A stretch of 53,495 nt of DNA, counting the filler, from Jimgerdemannia flammicorona (Eukaryota), in assembly GCA_003990765.1 (NCBI GenBank). It is 2 parts of 2 records of this genome, joined end to end, with 100 filler letters (N's around TTAATTAATTAA, not from the genome) between each part and the next. Parts side by side here need not be neighbours in the genome. Positions count along the whole stretch, not along the records: positions 26,807 to 53,495 come from RBNJ01000705.1; 1 more part is not named here. One strand, written 5' to 3'. Shown here one piece after another: positions 50,512-53,495 of this stretch. Within the stretch, counting starts at the first letter, position 1, and each line of letters opens with the position of its first letter. A program made the translations under genes and the position numbers. The notes below the pieces were generated by a model that searched no databases, was not told the origin of the DNA, and was given only the letters and a program-made list of their open reading frames with translations.

Positions 50512-52219
50512 GGCGACGGTGGAGGTGGCGGCGATCGGAAGGATCTAAATGGGAGGTGTGTAGGACAATATAGTGTTATACAGACAAGGTGATGTGGTGG
50601 TAGAGAGGGAGGTGTGTTGTTATGTACATAATTGTATGTTGGGGGGGGGAGCAAATTTCGACAAGGCTTTGCTGCTCTGTAGACAGTTATGTGGCTGTAG
50701 GCTCAGATGGCATACAGAGTTTACATTTACAGGAGGGTGGTGTGTTTGTCGTCTTGTGTAGTATCGCAATGAACCACTCGTGGACTACTGGTGGACTGCT
50801 CGTGGTGGAAAACGTTTCTCAAGTCCCTCAAACTCAAAAAAAATTAACCATTATTGCGGTCTTGTGACTTGACGCACCATCCACTCTCTGCTGCTACATG
50901 TAATCCTATAGTGTCAACGTGTGGTCTGTGCTGCCCCAGTTTACCTGTTGTCAGGGGCTACTTACTGTCCCACCTTCCCTGGGCCTCTCGCCTTCCCTCC
51001 CTCCCATCTTCTGTGCCCAAAAAATATGATCCGAATGACAACTGTATACAAAAGAGAAAATGTTCTGAACGAGCGGGCGAGCACCGCGTGGTTCCCGAAC
51101 CTTGTTGCGCCAGCCGCTTCACCATGCTATTCTCAACCCTCGGAGTAGCCGCGGCCTACGCGCGCCACACAACAGGACTGGTCCGCTTCGGATGTGGCGG
51201 TATACGTAAGGAACCAGAATGGGGGATCGGAGGGTTGTTGGGATGGATGGGTTGCGTAATGACATACATATGTAATCAGAACCCGGTCAAGTCCCGGAAC
51301 TACATTTATTCGTGAAATATGATTGTTATTACTCGTAATGCATTCTTGTTTACAGGCGCAGTTATACAGCCATTCATTCTTTTTAGCATTTAATATCTGA
51401 TCTAAACACAGGCTTTTATACAAGAAATAGTTTGGTTCTGTTTAGTTATATTAAATCTAACTTGAGACTATAAGCAATTATTAAATTCAATATATTACTT
51501 TAAAAATATAAATAAATAAAAAGACTATTGTAGACTATATATCTACTTAATTTGTTGCATAAAAATAAAAATATATAGATTATTATTTCGATTGCAGTAT
51601 TTCAAATTATCAAGCTAAATTTTTGTACGTTTGGTCAATTTACTGTCATCAAAGTATTCATGCATGTCTACCAGTAAAATATGTGCGTCGACCGACGTAC
51701 TGGTATGTTTGTCCATGTTTATCTTGCTTGTGGTCGGAGCAGAATCTAGATCGACGTGATGCTGTCCATATCGGTTTCGACCTGTTTGACCTTGCATTCC
51801 CTGTCCATATTGGTTTCGAAACGTGCCATGCGGAAAGGACCTTGTGGATAGGCAAAAATTCCATCCTTCATCCAACCATACAATGGTTTGAGGTTCCAGG
51901 CCTATTGGACTTAGACGGCGCAGTTCTGAGAAGGGGTTGATTTCCATTTCCTTATTCCCTACCTGACCGCTGTTCTACCATACAGCCGCAAAGGGGCAAG
52001 CATGGATTCACCAAAACCGCGATTCACGTCGTTGCTGACCCCTTGAATCTAGACCCTAATGGACCCTTTCTTTTTTTGTTGTATATATTTATCCAAGTGG
52101 CCCGGTTTTTCGACAAACCACCCGCTCGACATAGCGCTTCCCGAACTACAACGCTGACCTGTTGAAAAATCATATAGATATTAACCCCTCCCTTCCTCTT
52201 CACGACATAGCATTAAAAT

Positions 52220-52863
52220 ATGGAAAAATATATGATCGAATACGATGAATCTATGGAGGCTTTGGAGAAGGAGAGGATACGATTGGAATTAATCGTGGAG
52301 CGTATGGACAGAGAATGGGCTGTAAGGTAATCGAAATGCGTTTCTGTGTCGGGTTGGGTAAGCGCTACCAACATTTTGATTCACGTCGAAATCGATTTAA
52401 TGCTTTCTGACTTTCCAACTGCAAACTTAGCGGTGCCGGTGTAGGTTGGATGGACAACGGTCCTCGACGAAGAAGTGGCTCCAAGCCTTCTCACCCATCC
52501 CACCCTTCGGCCTACACTTCTTTGCAGCCACAACGTCGTCGCATGACATCTCCTCAGTCCCACATCCCAGCCGCCGCCCACGACCGGGACCCGTTGCACC
52601 TCAGCCCACTAGCGCGCCCCGTAAGAGAAACTCTACCCAACCCGCGCGCTCCATCTCTTCGCCTTCCTCGCTCAGCATCTCAAACCACCCTACCATCTCA
52701 AACCATTTTACCTCCGAAGAATCTGCTCGTTTATTCGACGAGACGTCATCCACCTCCACCTCTCTGGGCCCAAACTCAATCCACGACCACCTCGGCACCT
52801 TCGCACAGCGAGCCAGCCAGGCCGGCATATCCATCCTCGCCGTCGGACAATAAGTCGTTGTGA
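52220..52863 (+). CDS. Small two-exon hypothetical protein (~179 aa)
   Basis: MEKYMIEYDESMEALEKERIRLELIVERMDREWAVS joins GAGVGWMDNG via a GT-AG intron at 52327-52430. Helical N-terminus and Ser/Pro-rich tail. Confidence 0.45.
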
Positions 52864-53495
52864 TCAAATCATGGGCCGGTTCGGGGCAGGAACATAATTA
52901 TTCAGGAAAGTCGAGGATAAAAATGAGAAACCGGAGTAATGGTTATTAGATGTGAGGTGAGATTCCGATGCAAAGCACCAAAAGGAACGATTATGCCTAT
53001 ATTTGATCGACTGTACATGTGCCAGTTCTCATTTCAAAGTTTTTATTGTATTTGTATCTATCTGTGCCGCCACCGTGGATATTACATTAATCGTCAGGCC
53101 TGTTAAAAGTTTCATGAGTACGATTGTGTTTCGCAGAAGGATGATGTTTAATAGAATCACTTTCATTTCCGGAGTGACATTAAGTGAAGGACGATGCTCC
53201 CCTTACTTTGGCAGACTGCGGCATTTCAGTCGCATGCTGGACGAGCACACCGTTTTAGCAGGGACACGGCTTGTTTTGCAGTATAACTTGTGTTTGCGAA
53301 TTTCTACGGATCGTCCCTGCGCTGATGCCTCTTTCCCCTTCCGCGTGCTCGGGCCCCTCTTCTCACATTTCAACGTGGCCGCCTATCCATAGGTACAGGG
53401 TATCTGGATTTATTGGTAACATCGCTGACGACATTATGTTTGAAGCTTTCACGTCGCTCCCGTGGCCGAATCGACAGATTTTTTTTTTTTTTTTT

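Noticed and set aside
47508..50654. Many antisense and alternative-frame ORFs over the kinase gene
   Set aside because: Shadow ORFs of GC-rich coding sequence; the same applies to those over PWP1 and SLU7.

Overview
Eukaryotic, intron-rich fungal DNA. Gene style suggests an early-diverging fungus such as Mucoromycota (inference only). An assembly gap at 26707-26806 separates two compartments. The left half (1-26.7 kb) is a heavily C->T/G->A-mutated transposon nest. It holds a hAT transposase relic and two copies of a Ty3/Gypsy chromovirus that encodes a dUTPase between Gag and protease. One copy is full-length (10408-22228, TSD CTGAA). LTRs of the same family are nested in each other with readable 5-bp TSDs, and a LINE and a MITE are inserted into the full-length copy. 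The most unusual observation is that the ~2-kb LTR itself carries a 365-codon ORF upstream of its TATA box. A second LTR variant shares the same ends but carries a different ~232-codon ORF that ends in the same C-terminal peptide, suggesting an interchangeable LTR-borne cargo gene. The right half (27.9-53.5 kb) is ordinary gene space: CLC Cl-/H+ exchanger (-), PWP1 (+), SLU7 (+), a two-exon F-box-like gene (+), a methyltransferase pseudogene (+), an apparently FYVE-less Fab1/PIKfyve-like kinase (-) and a small hypothetical gene. All translations and alignments were done by eye; no database searches were run.
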